Virus record (IMG/VR): IMGVR_UViG_3300027828_000093
Coordinates: 1 to 25,563 of that record
Source of the DNA: a virus
Taxonomy: Duplodnaviria > Caudoviricetes
Length of the DNA: 25,563 nt
Reading direction: 5' to 3' (one strand)
Positions within the stretch are counted from its first letter, which is position 1, and the number at the start of each line of letters is the position of its first letter. Positions 25,155 through 25,563 of the stretch are shown piece after piece. A program made the translations under genes and the position numbers. The notes beneath the pieces are model-generated. The model made no database searches and was not told the DNA's origin. It saw only the letters and a program-made list of their open reading frames with translations.

Positions 25155-25400
25155 TTATAGGTAATGGTCTCTATCTAAATCATCTGGGTGGATACGGTTG
25201 TTCATCTTATACCACCATCTATCTATCATGTCATAAGCATCATAGGTTGCTCGGTGAATCTCAAGTTTAGCTTCAAGCACCATAGTGTCAACCATTTTAT
25301 CAAACTTCCACTTGTCTGTTTTGATAGGTGGATATGTTAGTTCTTCCCATTGTAATCTTTCGCAGATATTACTAGGGTTATACAGTTCTCTGTCGTACAT
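25155..25400 (-). CDS. Hypothetical protein
   Basis: ATG 25400 after GAGGA, TAATG coupling. Confidence 0.6.
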   Translation of the reverse strand: MYDRELYNPSNICERLQWEELTYPPIKTDKWKFDKMVDTMVLEAKLEIHRATYDAYDMIDRWWYKMNNRIHPDDLDRDHYL

Positions 25401-25561
25401 TATATTTCCTCTACTGTGAAGTAAGCACAAGTACCATTTTCAGAATGTTTCGAGATAAGATTGTGTAAGCTGACAGATACAATAACCTTCTTATCTTTAT
25501 AGTAGATATTGTCACCTTCTATCTCAACAGTACCGCAGCCTATTTGATACTCAGAATAGAA
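25400..25561 (-). CDS. Partial (3' end) hypothetical protein
   Basis: Open frame from window edge FYSEYQIGCGTVEIEGDNIYYKDKK...FTVEEI*, TAA overlapping next ATG. Confidence 0.55.
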   Translation of the reverse strand, partial: FYSEYQIGCGTVEIEGDNIYYKDKKVIVSVSLHNLISKHSENGTCAYFTVEEI

Positions 25562-25563
25562 TA

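Larger units (their letters stand above)
1..25563. mobile_element. Tailed bacteriophage (podovirus-like) genome segment
   Basis: Dense, translationally coupled genes (TAATG/ATGA overlaps); lysis, tail and ejection genes on +, replication genes on -; no integrase or host housekeeping context. Confidence 0.95.

Noticed and set aside
1-25563. tRNA/rRNA genes, integrase, att sites, alternative genetic code
   Set aside because: None seen; genes tile the window under the standard code with all three stop codons used

Overview
Fragment of an AT-rich tailed dsDNA phage (podovirus-like) genome with two convergent arms. The + arm (1-11553) carries a probable head-tail adaptor, an M15-family endolysin with three small membrane/Cys-rich neighbours, tail fibre and glycine-rich adhesin genes, a P22 gp10-like tail hub and three probable ejection proteins, the last being 1411 aa. 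The - arm (11767-25563) is an early/replication module: Dda-like helicase, DUF3987-type ATPase, family A DNA polymerase, ParB-DNA methyltransferase fusion, RHH-like protein, SSB-like protein, AAA_24 ATPase, acyl carrier protein, Fe-S PD-(D/E)XK nuclease and small early genes. Two intrinsic terminators lie at the junction. Most notable: (1) the PolA is split inside its proofreading domain (ExoI/II in a UDG-exo gene, ExoIII at the start of the polymerase gene) with a 119-aa gene between, and has His at position 762; (2) an ~88-nt branched RNA structure with C/U-rich anti-SD-like loops upstream of the RHH gene; (3) GATC is almost absent, but half of the remaining sites lie in the ParB-MTase gene; (4) a phage-encoded ACP. 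All family calls come from motifs recognised by eye, not from database searches.
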